From Squalus acanthias (lineage: Eukaryota): a DNA stretch of 64,000 nucleotides. Below are positions 61,675-64,000 of the stretch, one piece after another. Every line of letters begins with the position of its first letter. The stretch's first letter is position 1. The notes under the pieces were generated by a model. That model did not search any database and was not told the origin of the DNA. It saw only the letters and a program-made list of their open reading frames with translations. Both the position numbers and the translations under genes were made by a program. The stretch is from positions 53,074,001 to 53,138,000 of the forward strand of contig CM059432.1 in NCBI GenBank assembly GCA_030390025.1, written 5' to 3'.

Positions 61675-62306
61675 GGGCTGGATTTTCATTGACCTGTGGA
61701 GGCGGGTTTGGAGGCGTGTGGGGGGTTAAAATTGCGAAAACTGGCGGGCAGGCACAAGTCCGCCTCCATCCCGCCTCCACGCAATTTTCATTAAATCGTG
61801 TCTGCTGGTCCCGACTCCGTCCCGCCTTTAAGAGGCAGGATAGGCTGTTAAGGCCCTTAACAAGCACTAAATTGGCTCTATAATGCCATTTTGAAAGGCC
61901 TTTGTGATTTTAACCCTTGTTCTATGTGAAGCACACCTGTTCTGAACCACGCTTGTGAAACCTGGCGGTAACACATTTCGAAAGCTGACTATCAGCTGCA
62001 GGTCCACTATTACAATGGAGAAGTAGTAATAGTAAAAATATCTGGGAGCAGCTTGCTGCTGCTCATTTTGCATCCAGGTCCTCTCACAGCAAAGGCCAGG
62101 CAGTCTCTGAAGACCTTCAATGCAGCAGCAATGAGGCGACTTTCAGACTGAAAACACTAATTGGTTCATGGGTTCCCACATGCTGGAACTCAATTGCCCA
62201 ATTAGGTGAAAATTGCATCAATCTCCCACATCCATTTGCAGTCGGGTGGATAACACAAAAAGTGGATGACACGACCCCAACCCGCCCCAGTATCAAAATC
62301 CAGCCC
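61675..62306. mobile_element. Harbinger-type MITE (632 bp)
   Basis: Perfect 12-bp TIR gggctggatttt / aaaatccagccc; flanks gtt/att. Confidence 0.85.
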
Positions 62307-63042
62307 ATTGTGCCTGAGTCCATTTTATCAGTTCAAACTTATCCCAAATCCAAATAGCAGCATTGTTGGACTGACAGGTTTTGTCAATGTTCAATTTTAT
62401 TTCCCCACAAACTTTCTTCCTTGATACACAGCAATTGGCAGGACCACCTAGACTGCTCTCAACCAGTTTATTTTAATGAAAATGTAATTATCCCCTTTAA
62501 CTTCAAGTAGATTTCCCATTTCTCGTATCAATTTATCTTATTAGCTCTAATTTCAGAAACAAGTGATTCCCAGGCACTGAAAATTATCTATTACAAGTGT
62601 GGAGTCTCATTGCTTTAGGTTTTAATTGTTGCTGGAGATTTAAAAAATGTAAAATTTTAAAAAAATTTTTTCACTTGTCCTTTCTGTCTCTTTTTTTTCT
62701 CTCTCTTAATCCAATCTTTCTCTTCCTCTCTTTATTCTCTTGCTGTAACTGGTTTGGCGTTGAATTCACCACCCACTCTAATTTATACTTCCTTCTCAGT
62801 CCTTGCGCTGTTAATATCACAATCATTCAATCTGATTGATTAAGGAGATACACAGTTGCTTGCTTTGCTCACTCAGGTCCCAGATGCCCTGTTTCCCTCA
62901 CTGCACCTTTATCAGCTCGCACTTTCAGCAACTTGCCACACAAAATATTAAAAAACCTAAACATGCAAAGCAAATCTAACTAACGGCAGACGGCGTTACA
63001 TGACCTGCTACAGCAAATTATGGCTCCTTTAAAATAAATAAA

Positions 63043-64000
63043 CTGGACTACATTGGTGACTCTTCCGACGCCCTCCACCACTTTAACAGTTTCCAGTTTC
63101 CTGGCCCCAACCGTCTCCTTTTCACTATAGACGTACAATCCCTCTACACCGTCATCCCCCACTGGGACGGCCTGAGGGCGCTCCGCTTCTTCCTTGAACA
63201 GAGGCCTAACCAGTTCCCTTACACCACTACCCTCCTCCGCCTGGCCGAACTTGTTCTCATATTGAACAACTTCTCCTTTGACTCCACTCACTTCCTCCAA
63301 ATTAAAGGTGTTGCTATGGGGACCCGCATAGGCCCTAGCTATGCCTGCCTTTTAGTGGGATACACGGAACATTCTTTGTTCCGGTCCTATTCAGGTCCTC
63401 TCCTTCACCTCTTTTTCCGGTACATTGATGACTGTATTGGTGCCGTTTCCTGCTCTCGCCCTGAACTAGAAAATTTCATTCACTTTGCTTCCAATTTTCA
63501 CCCTTCCCTCACCTTCACATGGTCCATCTCCAACTCTTCCCTTCCCTTCCTCAACTTCTCTGTCTCCATTTTTGGGGATAGGCTATCAACAAACATCCAC
63601 TATAAGCCCACTGACTCCCACAGCTACCTGGACTACACTTCCTCTCATGCCACTCCCTGTAAGGACTCTATTCCACTCTCCCAGTTTCTCCATCTCCAGC
63701 CGCATCTGTTCTGACGATGCCACCTTCCATGCTAGTGCCTCCGATATGTCTTCCTTTTTCCTCAACCAAGGATTCCCCTCTACTGTGGTTGACATGGCCC
63801 TTGACCGTGCCCGTTCCATTTCCCACACTTCTGCTCTCACCCCTTCCCTCCCTCCCAGAACCACGATAGGGTTCCCCATGTCCTCACCTTTCACCCCACC
63901 AGTCTCTACATTCAACGGATCAGCCGCCGCCATTTCCACCACCTCCAGCGTGATCCCACCACGAAACACATCTTTCCCTCCCCTCCCCTTTCAGCATTCT
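63043..64000 (+). mobile_element. Penelope-like retroelement RT fragment, runs off the window end
   Basis: DVQSLYT, QIKGVAMGTRIGPSYA, FRYIDD, LPFL, HYKPTDSHSYLDYTSSH. Confidence 0.9.

Larger units (their letters stand above)
59547..63026. mobile_element. MITE (TIR ggcccataatttgctg / cagcaaattatggctc) split by an LTR-element remnant
   Basis: 16-bp TIR with 2 mismatches; halves ~59547-59852 and ~62572-63026. Confidence 0.7.

Noticed and set aside
1..64000. CRISPR arrays, tRNA/rRNA genes, prokaryotic operons
   Set aside because: None seen; the sequence is eukaryotic TE-rich DNA.

Overview
Eukaryotic, vertebrate-type DNA. The repeat families look chondrichthyan (shark/ray); this rests on my recognition of the families, not on a search. 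The window is almost entirely a dense nest of decayed transposable elements: many CR1 LINEs (two near full-length, with SGNH-esterase ORF1 and EN/RT ORF2), two RTE LINEs, L2 and SINE tails, and a Penelope-like RT. It also holds several PIF/Harbinger DNA transposons (convergent DDE transposase and 3-exon Myb/SANT gene) with deletion derivatives and MITEs, three solo LTRs, and one LTR with PPT and an env-like remnant. No intact host gene can be named; two weak + strand exon candidates are noted. The least explained signal is a pair of adjacent short ORFs (8230-8478 and 8599-8799) that are homologous at protein level but use different synonymous codons. Also notable are a ~3.8 kb Harbinger expanded to ~22 kb by nested insertions, non-TWA Harbinger TSDs, and a CR1 with an inverted self-derived 5' piece. 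All comparisons were made by eye, so boundaries without a TSD or TIR are approximate.
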